From: a virus
Lineage: Duplodnaviria > Caudoviricetes
IMG/VR virus record: IMGVR_UViG_3300021425_000043
Span: 1 to 58,431 of that record
DNA: 58,431 bases
Reading direction: 5' to 3' (one strand)
Below are positions 45,949-55,630 of this stretch, in pieces. Numbering within the stretch: position 1 is the stretch's first letter; every line of letters starts with the position of its first letter. The notes beneath the pieces are model-generated. The model searched no databases, was not told where the DNA came from, and saw only the letters and a list, made by a program, of their open reading frames with translations. The position numbers and the translations under genes are program-made.

Positions 45949-46342
45949 TTGTTTCTCCTAAACAAAAATTAGTTAATACTTTTATAAATATTTTAAACGG
46001 TATCGCTTCTTTTACAAATTGCGCTACTGTAATGTGTGTGGTTGTAAAATCTTCAGTGACGTACACTAGATCCCCAGATGCAAATACTGCGTACGTAAAG
46101 ACACCATGTTCTTTTTGGCGAGTAAGCCAAATGCGCTGTTGCTCAGATAAGTTAATTTTTATTTTTGAGTTAAGCTTTGCAGGCAAGTCTTCTTTGTATT
46201 TATATTCAATCCAACAATGATTTGCTGGTCCTGAGTAGTAAGTGTCCGATACACCTCCGTGGTAAGGATCATTGATCTTCCACCTATAAACTTCTTTAGG
46301 TAGTTTTCTGTGGACTTTATTTATGAACTCCTTTTCACGCAC
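45941..46342 (-). CDS. VRR-NUC-like nuclease/resolvase
   Basis: 'REKEF', 'GVSD', 'WIEYK', 'LSEQQ..W'; likely start GTG at 46342. Confidence 0.7.
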   Translation of the reverse strand: MREKEFINKVHRKLPKEVYRWKINDPYHGGVSDTYYSGPANHCWIEYKYKEDLPAKLNSKIKINLSEQQRIWLTRQKEHGVFTYAVFASGDLVYVTEDFTTTHITVAQFVKEAIPFKIFIKVLTNFCLGETND

Positions 46343-46441
46343 ATCCTGAGTATAACATACGTACAAGGGTGCGAAGAAATAGTTCGTAGGGTGTACGTAC
46401 TTGGATGCGACAATATATGTCGCACCCGTACGAATACTTAC

Positions 46442-47116
46442 CTAGGACTTAGCAAATGTTTTGTTGTAAAAACCTTTTGCAATTTCGTAAGTTTCTTCTT
46501 TCAACCAACCAACGTTAGAAACAGCAATGTTCATAAATCGTTGTCCAGCTTTGTTAGCTGTTTGTACTGAAGACATTTTCCATAAGGAAGAAAATCTATC
46601 GCCCCCTAACTTAGCAATTTGTGTATTCCATTCTCTAGAAACTTTTAATTTAGAGATTGAACAATCAAACAAGAAAGGTATATCTGATATATCTCCTGTC
46701 TTTTCATCTACTTTTAATAGTGTATGAGTTTGAGTTCTGTTTATATCATAGTCCTCTACTTTAAGACCTTCATCTTCTAGATGTTGTAATGCTTCTGCTT
46801 GAGAGTTAAAAGTCCCTGCAAGACCACCACCTTTTTCTAATTGTTTCCACACTACAAACTCTTCTTTGAAGTGTACGTTAACTAGATAAAGTTCTTTACC
46901 GTAGTTTTCTTTGGTTACAGTATTAATGAAGTCACCTACTTTAGCGCCTTCAATATACTCGCTATGGTTTTCATCTACTTCGTTTGATAACTGCTGCAGC
47001 TGTTTCAAACGTGGTGTAGACAAATGCTCTGAGTTAATGTTTTCATTACCCAGATTTGTGCCATTCTTTACATGAGCTGGCATGGTGCTCGTTACTATAC
47101 TTATATCATTAGACAT
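46442..47116 (-). CDS. putative ssDNA-binding/replication protein
   Basis: 224 aa in replication module; 'PRLKQLQQLS.EV', 'GAKVGDF.NTVT'. Confidence 0.5.
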   Translation of the reverse strand: MSNDISIVTSTMPAHVKNGTNLGNENINSEHLSTPRLKQLQQLSNEVDENHSEYIEGAKVGDFINTVTKENYGKELYLVNVHFKEEFVVWKQLEKGGGLAGTFNSQAEALQHLEDEGLKVEDYDINRTQTHTLLKVDEKTGDISDIPFLFDCSISKLKVSREWNTQIAKLGGDRFSSLWKMSSVQTANKAGQRFMNIAVSNVGWLKEETYEIAKGFYNKTFAKS

Positions 47117-47146
47117 TGAACGTTCTCCTTTTTATCTAAATTAATA

Positions 47147-47515
47147 TTATGCTGACCTGAAATTAATTCTGGTCAACTCCGTACTTTTAACACCAGGTAC
47201 ATCAGTACCAGTTGCTATAAGTTCTCTGTAAGCTGTTGCAGACACACGTTTTTGCAAAAGCTCAAACTGACCTGTGTTTGTTACGTGCTGGTGCAATGCA
47301 TCCCAATCTTCTACAGTTGGCACAATCTCATTTTTAAGTGAAATTGTACAAATATCATTAGAGATCTTGTCGAGCCCTTGCTCTTGCATCCTAATAGATA
47401 TTTGACTTTCTAGTTCGCGTTGTTGTGATTTCAAAAGCTTTTCTTCTGACTGCACAACTTTAATTTGATTACGAACTTTAGCTGTTTCTGCTAATAAATC
47501 ATTTAGTTTTTTCAT
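47147..47515 (-). CDS. conserved phage hypothetical protein
   Basis: Coiled coil then 'VEDWDAL...LLQKRVS..A.RE....VPGV'. Confidence 0.65.
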   Translation of the reverse strand: MKKLNDLLAETAKVRNQIKVVQSEEKLLKSQQRELESQISIRMQEQGLDKISNDICTISLKNEIVPTVEDWDALHQHVTNTGQFELLQKRVSATAYRELIATGTDVPGVKSTELTRINFRSA

Positions 47516-48861
47516 GATACCTCCTTTAAGATATGTAATAAGTTTTCCATACGACCTAACTTAGTATTAAGTTTTTTGTACACCTCAGGTTCCCAAGTAT
47601 TTCTAGCTTGGATGAGTATTGTTTCAGTCTTTTGTGTTTGACCTGCACGATAAATACGCTGGTTAAATTGTTGGTAGTGCTCAGCATTGTATGTAGGTGA
47701 ACACCAGATTACTGTACTAGCTTTAGTCAATGTAAGACCGTGGCCCGCTGATTGCGGGTGACAGAACAAGACTTTAATTTGGCCTGCTTGATATCTTGCT
47801 ACAATATCACTACGTTTTTCAGCTTTTATTGAACCGTCAATAACTTCGTAACTAATACCCTCTTTCTGTGCTATTTCTACCAGCGCGTCACGTTCGTGCT
47901 TCCAGTTGAATGCAACCAGGCTATGCGCACGTTGTGCTACAAGTGTCATAACTATGTCGTATCTTTCTTGATGTACAAACTGAACAACTCCATCTTCGTC
48001 GTACACAGCACCTGTTACAAGTTGTAGTAGTTTCTTGACACGAGCTGCTGCATGAACAGCGTTGACTGTACCTGACTTGGTATACAAGACAGATTCATCT
48101 GCTAACGTTTTGTATTGTTTTTGTACGTTAGGAGTTAGTTTAGTGTTGACTGTACGTACAATGTTATCTGGTAAATCCATACAATCAGACAAAGCAAACC
48201 GTATGGATATGTCAGATAGCTTGTTAGCTACAGCTTCTTCTATACCAGGCTTATCAATCCATTCATTAGCAAAGCCATTAAACTTTGGTGTACAAGCTTG
48301 GTGTCTGAATGCATAGAATCTAGAGCCCAGACGTTCCCCGCCATCGACGAGGAAGACTGGATGCCAGATATCTAGAATAGTATTACTATTAGGAGTACCA
48401 GACATGGCAATCCTATTAGTAAAATATGAGATAATTTTGTTGAGATTTTTACTGCGTTTGGCTTCCCTATTTTTAAAAGCGGTAAACTCGTCAATAACGA
48501 TTGTATTGAACTGCTTACAATATTGTGGATTTTTTTGTAAGAAGTTGACAGCTTCAAAATTAGTGATGACCATTTCGTTTGTATCATCTTCAAATATTTT
48601 TGCACGATTTTTTGCATAAGCTACTCCATATTTTATTTGAGGTTGGAACTTACTTATGTCCTCCCCCCACGCTGCTTCCAATATTGAAAGTGGCGCCAAG
48701 ACTAATGTCTTGCCCCCAAGTATAGCATGCGCGTCTAGCACTGCACGTGTTTTACCAGTGCCTGGATCTGACGTAATCAGACAACACTTGGTATCTACTA
48801 TAAAATCTGTTGTTGTTTTTTGATGCGCGTAAGGCGCAGGGATATTATTATTATTTATCAT
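47512..48861 (-). CDS. SNF2-like helicase
   Basis: PYAHQ, DPGTGKT, VIDE, MSGTP, AGHGLTL, QFNQRIYRAGQ. Confidence 0.88.
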   Translation of the reverse strand: MINNNNIPAPYAHQKTTTDFIVDTKCCLITSDPGTGKTRAVLDAHAILGGKTLVLAPLSILEAAWGEDISKFQPQIKYGVAYAKNRAKIFEDDTNEMVITNFEAVNFLQKNPQYCKQFNTIVIDEFTAFKNREAKRSKNLNKIISYFTNRIAMSGTPNSNTILDIWHPVFLVDGGERLGSRFYAFRHQACTPKFNGFANEWIDKPGIEEAVANKLSDISIRFALSDCMDLPDNIVRTVNTKLTPNVQKQYKTLADESVLYTKSGTVNAVHAAARVKKLLQLVTGAVYDEDGVVQFVHQERYDIVMTLVAQRAHSLVAFNWKHERDALVEIAQKEGISYEVIDGSIKAEKRSDIVARYQAGQIKVLFCHPQSAGHGLTLTKASTVIWCSPTYNAEHYQQFNQRIYRAGQTQKTETILIQARNTWEPEVYKKLNTKLGRMENLLHILKEVS

Positions 48862-48922
48862 CTATACTCCACCATTGCGTTCGGTGTTATTTGGGTGAAC
48901 GCTTATGTAATGTTAATTATAC

Positions 48923-49678
48923 TTAACTTATGCCCCATTCACAATGGGGTTCTTGACCTTTGCCAAAAGAACACCACCTACAGTTATATGTACTTGGGTT
49001 AGGTGGAAATTTAGTAGCAGTAGTCATAGCTACAGCTCGCTCATGTAGCTTTGGCATAAACACCATAGCTTCATCTCGCGTGTACGTTTGCTCCATCGTA
49101 GTACCATGATCTAGATACCACATTTCTGTGTTAAGTATTTCTAAATCAGGATACATGAAGAAGGTGCCGATAGCATAGATGAGCGCTTGTTGGCTGTGCG
49201 CGATTTCATTGCCCATCTGTTTACCAGTTTTATAATCTATGACACGAGCTGATGTCTCGGACTCATGTACTAAAGCATCTAGTTTGATACGTGCCCAAGT
49301 GTCAGGAGAAATCCAACCTGTCGGTTCCCATTTTTGAGTAAACCCCCATTCTCCTTCAGTTTCGACTTTTCCATCTGCAAAAAGTTGTTTTAGCTCTTCA
49401 AAATTTTGAGAAAATTTTCTGAGTGTTTCTGGTAATTCGCTTAGTTCAGAACGTACGAATTGTTCTGCCTGATCATGTATGCGTGTACCGCGTTCTGCTG
49501 CAGGGCCAAAGTCTTCTTGTACACGTTTTACTTTAGATATGTAGGTTCTGTATGCGCAAGACTCGAAGGTTTTTAAGGCCGAGTAAGACCATGCTGGCAC
49601 CAGACCTAGTTCTAAATCCTCCGTGACCTCAACCGTTGAGATTAGGTCTGGACGTTTGGGTGATGTTAGATTCTCCAT
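48923..49678 (-). CDS. PD-(D/E)XK exonuclease (Cas4/RecB-like)
   Basis: WSYS....FESC, RGTRIH, KLD, VIDYKTG, Q..IY, C-terminal CRWC...C. Confidence 0.82.
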   Translation of the reverse strand: MENLTSPKRPDLISTVEVTEDLELGLVPAWSYSALKTFESCAYRTYISKVKRVQEDFGPAAERGTRIHDQAEQFVRSELSELPETLRKFSQNFEELKQLFADGKVETEGEWGFTQKWEPTGWISPDTWARIKLDALVHESETSARVIDYKTGKQMGNEIAHSQQALIYAIGTFFMYPDLEILNTEMWYLDHGTTMEQTYTRDEAMVFMPKLHERAVAMTTATKFPPNPSTYNCRWCSFGKGQEPHCEWGIS

Positions 49679-52118
49679 TATCTAATAAGTTTAAATCCCT
49701 TTCGTCGAAATGTTCTTTTATTAACTCTTCTCGAACATTATTATCTATTTTCCATGTCAATACAACCCCGCGTGGTATACCAGCTGTACGATCTTTACTA
49801 ATACGCTTACGTGCAGTTTTAATATTTAATCGTGACATAGCTTTAGAAAAGTCTCTTTGTGACATGGTGTTGCGACTATCTGTTAATGTATCGTACACAA
49901 CTTTAAAGTGAGCTAGTGGTATTATTGTTTCAGTACCAAGACTAGCTATCCATTCTTTTACGTATCTTTGTGATGTGCTTACGCCACCAGCATCAAAGGT
50001 GTTTGTAAGTGGTATATCCAACACATCTGTAAAATACTCAAGGTTGCGTGTACGAATTGCGTTTGCAAATTCTTCAAGAACAGACATAGATACTTCTTTC
50101 ATTTCTTTCTTCGCGTCATTCTCCAGCGCTGTATGAGCCATACGTACGTCAACTTTAAATTTGTTTAATACTCCTGCAAGAATATATAACTCGGGTTCTA
50201 GTGCATCTAAGTTTTGTAATAGTTCTGGAAAAGCTTGTTCTATTTTTTCTTCTTGTCGTGGTGCTACGTTATATCTTCTGTCGCTGTCTTCGATCTTGAC
50301 TGCGTCTGCTCTGTTTGTAAGAAAGATAAAGTTCGTGAAAGACGGCAGCTCGATTTGGTTTGTACGCATAGCTCTAATAGTTAAATTAGGTTCTGTAATT
50401 TGATGTTTTAATTTATCGGCCATTTTACCGACAGATCCTGAGTCAGCCATACGAAACTCATCAACTACTAAAAACAATGCAGTACGCATATATAAGTTGA
50501 ACTGTTCTTCTATATTTTCTAAAGCTCTCATTGGTGTTTGCATTTCACCAAACAGTGGTTTTAATATTTTGTGTACAAACAAACCTTTACCAGTGCCCGG
50601 TATGCCCGTAAATATCCATGCAGTCATTGTTTTCTTTCTGTATTGGTATATGTAAGCTAACCAATTCATAAAGTGTTCAAACTCAGGTTTGCCATTACCA
50701 AGTGCGTGCATCATAAGTTTGTAAAAGTTAGGTGCAATTTTTTGAATCTGAATGGCTTCACCGTACGATAGTTCTTTTACGTTCTCTTCGCTACGCAGCA
50801 TATATGGCGTACGTCTAAATAAATTTACTGAGTATGGAACGGTCTCCAAGTCAATACCTTTGTCACTGCTAGGATCGAATACGACACGAGCATCAGGAAC
50901 AAAGTCCATGGCAGGGCGACCATGAGACTTAAGAAAATCATTAATAGAGCTTTTGCCCGTTGGTGTAAGGGGATACTCGTCGTCAAATTGTTGTTTTGTT
51001 TCATCATACACTCCGTTGTAATAGGTATCTGTGAAAAAATCACGTAATACAATTGGTTTCTTTTTAGTTTCGTTATCTATTTTATCTGCAAATATTTCAA
51101 AGATACTACGATAGAAATCTGGGTCTGCTTTTTCTATTTCCCATACAGGTTCACCTTTAAAGTTGTACATGTAATGAGGGTTAGTTAGTAAAAAGTAATA
51201 ACCTCCGCTGTCACCATTGTTTACATTACAGTTAACAAAAGGTTCGGACACGCGTGTGATCTGGATGGTCATTTTGTCTGGGTTTTGTAGTACTTCGTGT
51301 GCTTCTCCAGCAACGTTGACCGTAGTTACTTTACCAACTCTTTTTGGAAGATTGTTTTTCTTCCTTAAATTATCTTTAATTTGCAAACCAAGGGTATGTA
51401 CCTTTTCAGGATTAACACCGATTAAAGATGAGGAGATTTCAAGAACTGGGGAACCACGGTCAACCTTGATAAATCTACCATTAGGGTAAGGGTCTTCTAC
51501 ATTAACAAATTTAGGAGTTGCAATATAAATTAATTTGCTGTTGTCAGCTACAGATGGATCTAGTATGTACGAAAGACTTTGACCGTTAGCTGATAACTTA
51601 ATTTGTTCTGCAAGAAACTCTGTTTTGTAGTTAATCATACGAATAAAATCTTTTAAAGTTTTTGGATGGACGGGCATATCTAATAGAAAGAAAAGGTGTA
51701 ATGACACGGTATCTTTCTTAAAGCCTAAAGACGCACTAGCTTGAGCAATATAACTTACATTATGAAAAACCTCTGGAAGTTGTAAGACTATTTTGTCGGC
51801 CAGTGCTTGAAGATCTCCTGGATTAGATGTATGTAAACCATCTACATCCAGCACTAATAGCTGCGTAGTTTTTGCACGTTCGGACATAAAAGCCCGGGGT
51901 TCGTTGTCCAGTGTTCGTTTAAGCGAACCTTTGTGTAAACATGCGCCTTTATCAGCTTGTTCTGTTAATAGTTTGTATAGTTTATTTAGTCCTTTTTTAT
52001 CTACAGATATATCAAAATGTTCTGAACTAAAGTCTTTGACTAATGGATATGGCTTGATGCCATCTTCTGATATTTCTTTGGACAGGGGTTTTTTAGCGTT
52101 TAAAAACACAACTTCCAT
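49629..52118 (-). CDS. primase-helicase (AEP-like N-terminus, SF3/DUF5906-like C-terminus)
   Basis: LVLDVDG and LHLFF motifs; GIPGTGKG, VVDE, FLTN, DRRY. Confidence 0.8.
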   Translation of the reverse strand: MEVVFLNAKKPLSKEISEDGIKPYPLVKDFSSEHFDISVDKKGLNKLYKLLTEQADKGACLHKGSLKRTLDNEPRAFMSERAKTTQLLVLDVDGLHTSNPGDLQALADKIVLQLPEVFHNVSYIAQASASLGFKKDTVSLHLFFLLDMPVHPKTLKDFIRMINYKTEFLAEQIKLSANGQSLSYILDPSVADNSKLIYIATPKFVNVEDPYPNGRFIKVDRGSPVLEISSSLIGVNPEKVHTLGLQIKDNLRKKNNLPKRVGKVTTVNVAGEAHEVLQNPDKMTIQITRVSEPFVNCNVNNGDSGGYYFLLTNPHYMYNFKGEPVWEIEKADPDFYRSIFEIFADKIDNETKKKPIVLRDFFTDTYYNGVYDETKQQFDDEYPLTPTGKSSINDFLKSHGRPAMDFVPDARVVFDPSSDKGIDLETVPYSVNLFRRTPYMLRSEENVKELSYGEAIQIQKIAPNFYKLMMHALGNGKPEFEHFMNWLAYIYQYRKKTMTAWIFTGIPGTGKGLFVHKILKPLFGEMQTPMRALENIEEQFNLYMRTALFLVVDEFRMADSGSVGKMADKLKHQITEPNLTIRAMRTNQIELPSFTNFIFLTNRADAVKIEDSDRRYNVAPRQEEKIEQAFPELLQNLDALEPELYILAGVLNKFKVDVRMAHTALENDAKKEMKEVSMSVLEEFANAIRTRNLEYFTDVLDIPLTNTFDAGGVSTSQRYVKEWIASLGTETIIPLAHFKVVYDTLTDSRNTMSQRDFSKAMSRLNIKTARKRISKDRTAGIPRGVVLTWKIDNNVREELIKEHFDERDLNLLDNGESNITQTSRPNLNG

Positions 52119-52120
52119 AA

Positions 52121-52306
52121 TTAAATCTCCTTATCTAAGTATACTTCCTCTCTATCTATCCGTACAGATTTGTCTGCCTGGAACCCTAGTTTGCATTGGG
52201 TAGGTGATATATTAGTTACGGTTACAGTACAAATTACTTTACCGTCTTGTTGTATAACAACTTTATCGCCTTTCTTTCGAGTTAGTATTAAATTTTTATT
52301 TGTCAT
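52121..52306 (-). CDS. csrA: carbon storage regulator CsrA/RsmA homolog
   Basis: 'LILTRKKGDKVVI...I.TVTV...KLGFQA.KSVRIDREEVY' matches CsrA MLILTR..GE...I...V.V...V..G..AP..V...REE. Confidence 0.85.
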   Translation of the reverse strand: MTNKNLILTRKKGDKVVIQQDGKVICTVTVTNISPTQCKLGFQADKSVRIDREEVYLDKEI

Positions 52307-54092
52307 ATACCTGACTTACGCCTCCCTCAGCATCGAGTGGTAAATCTTGACACCACTCTGGGGCTGTACGCATGATTTCTATAATTTTATCCATTGTAGC
52401 ATCAGCATTGTATTCTGAGCCAATAGCAATTATTTCGTCATGTACCTGTAAAACAATATCTACTTCAGGTAGTGCTTGTATCTCTAGCATTTGATCGGTA
52501 ATGACCAGCCTAGCTAGTGCTTGTACGACGTTTTCTGTAATACGAGGGCCATGTGTACGGATCATCTCACGTTCAGTTTTGTATATAAACTGACCAGCTT
52601 GATAATGTAAACCTGGATAACTTAGTCGCATGCCATTTGGTAGTTCGAGTGCGTGTCGTTGGATCGTAAGAGGCCCGTACTTTAATCCGATACCACGTGG
52701 GTTAATCATTTGAAAGAGTGAATCTTTCATCCCGGACCAAAGTCTGGGAATGTTGGAATACATTGCACGGTATTGCATAACAATAGCTTGAGCTGTAGCA
52801 TCTCCTACGTCTACGGATGGGGAGCCAGTTTTCAGCGTTGCTTGGAACTTGTCGGCTCCCATACCGTACCCGAGACCAAGAATAGCTGTTTTACCTACGT
52901 ATCTTTCTAGTTTGTCAGCTTTGGTAATTGTACGCCCATATATCTGTGAAGCAAATTCACAGTATACATCGCGACCTGTAGCAAAAGCCTGAACTAGTTC
53001 ATGTTCTTTAGCTAACCATGCGAGCATACGTGCTTCGATATTAGACAAGTCAGCTATATAGAGCTTTTGTCCTTCAGGCGCCATCAGTGCCGTACGTAAC
53101 TTTGAACCCCGGGGGAGGTTTTGTAGATTAATCTTATCAGAGCCACCAAATCTACCTGTGTGTGCGGCATAATAACGCAGCGGAATACTGAACGTACCGT
53201 CAGGGTTGCACGAATCAATAAAACGCTGTGCTCTAGTTTCTTCAATACGAGACTTTACCATCTCTCTAGCTTCCCAAATATGATTGTATTCTGGGTACAT
53301 GTTACACATCTGTATGTAAGCGCTGTCGTTTTTACCGAATGCAGGTATTTGTTGGCCAGTAGTTGGGCTTTTCTTTGTAGGGACAGTTATACCTAATGAT
53401 TCTAAATGTTCTTTGAACTTTACTTGTGAAGCCAGTACTTCTCGTGTAACGCCTGAGTCCTGGATCGCTTGTTCTGTACGCTTTGTTATGTCGTCTTTGT
53501 AGGCTATTAGTGATCCGCGGTCCAGCATAAGTTTTGGCTCTACAAACATACGTACAGTTAGATCTATAATCTGAAGCTCTTTGTCTGGATAACCAGCGCT
53601 GTAGCTTTTAAATAGTTCGTACGTTAAATCGACATCCTGGATACAATAACCGCCGATCTGTGCATCAAGCTCTGGGTCCAGGTCACGCACGCCTTTAGCA
53701 TTTACAAGTTCTTCACCTTTACGTTTTGTTTCGTCGTTTGGAAACTCTCGTTTGCACGCATTAGCAAGGCTTGCGGACATGTTTGGATAGAGGCCACGGG
53801 ACATAGCCGCAGTATCATAATAAAATGCAGGCTTGTAACCATAATATTGTGTTAGTATGTAGGCATCAAATAAAGTATTGTGGCACACAACGGCAGTAGC
53901 TGCCCAATTAATTTGTCCGAGTATTTCTGGTGTTTCTTCTTCGTTGTACCATTCGGTTGGTCCGTCTTCTACTTTGATACCAACCCCCCATACTTTGAAG
54001 TCTGGATGGTTGACATACTGTACGGTGCTCATTTTGGTGAGAGACAGTTGTACGTCATAGTAAGTTTCAAAGTCTAAGTAAATTTTTTGCAT
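52296..54092 (-). CDS. polA: DNA polymerase family A with 3'-5' exonuclease
   Basis: YLDFET ExoI, HN..FD, YCIQD, TGRF, NLQNLP, ADLSNIEAR motif A, KTAILGLGYG motif B, QVHDE motif C. Confidence 0.92.
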   Translation of the reverse strand: MQKIYLDFETYYDVQLSLTKMSTVQYVNHPDFKVWGVGIKVEDGPTEWYNEEETPEILGQINWAATAVVCHNTLFDAYILTQYYGYKPAFYYDTAAMSRGLYPNMSASLANACKREFPNDETKRKGEELVNAKGVRDLDPELDAQIGGYCIQDVDLTYELFKSYSAGYPDKELQIIDLTVRMFVEPKLMLDRGSLIAYKDDITKRTEQAIQDSGVTREVLASQVKFKEHLESLGITVPTKKSPTTGQQIPAFGKNDSAYIQMCNMYPEYNHIWEAREMVKSRIEETRAQRFIDSCNPDGTFSIPLRYYAAHTGRFGGSDKINLQNLPRGSKLRTALMAPEGQKLYIADLSNIEARMLAWLAKEHELVQAFATGRDVYCEFASQIYGRTITKADKLERYVGKTAILGLGYGMGADKFQATLKTGSPSVDVGDATAQAIVMQYRAMYSNIPRLWSGMKDSLFQMINPRGIGLKYGPLTIQRHALELPNGMRLSYPGLHYQAGQFIYKTEREMIRTHGPRITENVVQALARLVITDQMLEIQALPEVDIVLQVHDEIIAIGSEYNADATMDKIIEIMRTAPEWCQDLPLDAEGGVSQVYDK

Positions 54093-54158
54093 ATCCACTC
54101 CCATGCTTTTTTAAGGTCAGCGTTTAAGTTTTCTAACATTTGTAATAAGTTATTAAAT

Positions 54159-54413
54159 TCATTTTTCATGGCTGTATTGATTTTTTGCTCTTTCTATAGT
54201 TTTATCTATTATTAGTTCTGCATTTTCTGCATCTGGTGCAAGATTGTAAGTAATACCAACAAAGTAATCTAAACATACGTGTAAGATATGCGGTATGTCT
54301 AAATCTTTTGCTGCCTTAGATATAATTTCATCTAAATCTTCAAACAACTGGTCGTGGGCTAATTCTTGTGGTGATTTTATAGGTTGACCATCCTTATTTA
54401 TTATTTTACTCAT
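54159..54413 (-). CDS. hypothetical protein
   Basis: 84 aa, GGAGG RBS, overlapping upstream gene. Confidence 0.6.
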   Translation of the reverse strand: MSKIINKDGQPIKSPQELAHDQLFEDLDEIISKAAKDLDIPHILHVCLDYFVGITYNLAPDAENAELIIDKTIERAKNQYSHEK

Positions 54414-54643
54414 AGTTCCTCCTGAACTTGTAGTTGTATTGGATCCATGTCTCCGTACCAGTCGACATAGTCATCTTCAGTTACATCTTTACCTAATTCT
54501 TCTTGCAAGTGTTGATGCCACTCTTGTTCTTTTTTTTCTCTATAATCTTCTTCTAAATCTTTATTATTAAAAAAAGCATCGGCTCTAACTACTTCGTAGT
54601 CATGACCATATTTACTATTTTTAATTAATATTTGTACTTTCAT
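54410..54643 (-). CDS. hypothetical protein
   Basis: 77 aa, GGAGG RBS, ATGA overlaps. Confidence 0.6.
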   Translation of the reverse strand: MKVQILIKNSKYGHDYEVVRADAFFNNKDLEEDYREKKEQEWHQHLQEELGKDVTEDDYVDWYGDMDPIQLQVQEEL

Positions 54644-54852
54644 AGTTCCTCCTTGAACTTATTCATTTTCGTACACCAGTCCTCATACTCGCTGCGCTTT
54701 GCACGCTCCCAGCCTATTTGTTTACTAGTATACATATTATATGCAACAGAAATCTTTACATATTTCCATTGTATAAACGGCAAGTCTGCTGGATCGTTGT
54801 AAGTGTACGGATGTATAGGGTTACGTTTAACGTAAACGTGGGTTGGGGGCAT
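54640..54852 (-). CDS. hypothetical protein
   Basis: 70 aa, GGAG RBS. Confidence 0.6.
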   Translation of the reverse strand: MPPTHVYVKRNPIHPYTYNDPADLPFIQWKYVKISVAYNMYTSKQIGWERAKRSEYEDWCTKMNKFKEEL

Positions 54853-54950
54853 CTAATTACTCCGTTAATTAAACTTGACAAAACCCATTTCTGTCTTTAT
54901 GACTATAGATATTACCTAATAATGGGTAATAACACAAATGGAGAATTGAT

Positions 54951-55358
54951 ATGGCAACATATAAATCAGACATGGTTAATGGTAATCAGTCATTCAAACC
55001 GTTCCCAAGTGGAGCTGTTGGCGTAAGATACGCTAGTTTTGAAGCTAGTACTGCATTAGCATTAAATGATGTTATTCAAATAGTTGACGTATTCTCTGGT
55101 GAAACTGTGCATGATATAATCATCAAAACTGACGACTTAGATACAGGTACAGCATTAGTTCTCGACGTAGGAGATGGTTCAGACACTGACTACTACATTG
55201 ATGGTTCTACTGTTGGCCAAGCTGGTGGTACTGATGAGAAAGATGCTAACGTAGCACCAAAAGAATATTCAGCTGATGATACGATCGACATTCTTGTACA
55301 AGTCGCACCTGGTGGTGGCGGTACTGGTACTATTGAGTGTTGGGTATACGTATCCTAA
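54951..55358 (+). CDS. putative capsid decoration/cement-like protein, isolated on + strand
   Basis: 135 aa all-beta acidic: 'LALNDVI', 'DDLDTGT.L.LDVG..SD.D..ID', 'GTGTI'; GGAG RBS; TTGACA at 54875. Confidence 0.6.
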   Translation: MATYKSDMVNGNQSFKPFPSGAVGVRYASFEASTALALNDVIQIVDVFSGETVHDIIIKTDDLDTGTALVLDVGDGSDTDYYIDGSTVGQAGGTDEKDANVAPKEYSADDTIDILVQVAPGGGGTGTIECWVYVS

Positions 55359-55399
55359 AAAACGCATAGCCCAAGCCGGGACACCGAATCTTGGGCTAT
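55357..55399. terminator. hairpin between convergent transcripts
   Basis: ATAGCCCAAG/CTTGGGCTAT 10-bp stem, with T tract nearby on minus strand. Confidence 0.6.
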
Positions 55400-55630
55400 A
55401 CTAATGCCACTCCTTGGCATGTTCAAAGGCGGGTAAGGTTTCATCGCACCGCAAGAGCCTTACTTAATACCGTTCTCATCTATGTTTACATAGGGTGCAC
55501 TGTACCGGGTAATCCTAAACTTAAATGACTCTCTATCTCCACCTGCGTTGTCGGTGCCTAATCCTATTGTTTAAACCGATTATGCGATCGCTTAGGCCAT
55601 TGGGTGGCTCTTCCTCAAGAGAGTCTAAAC

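Noticed and set aside
48923-49678. Cas4 as part of a CRISPR system
   Set aside because: Stand-alone PD-(D/E)XK nuclease in the replication module, common in phages
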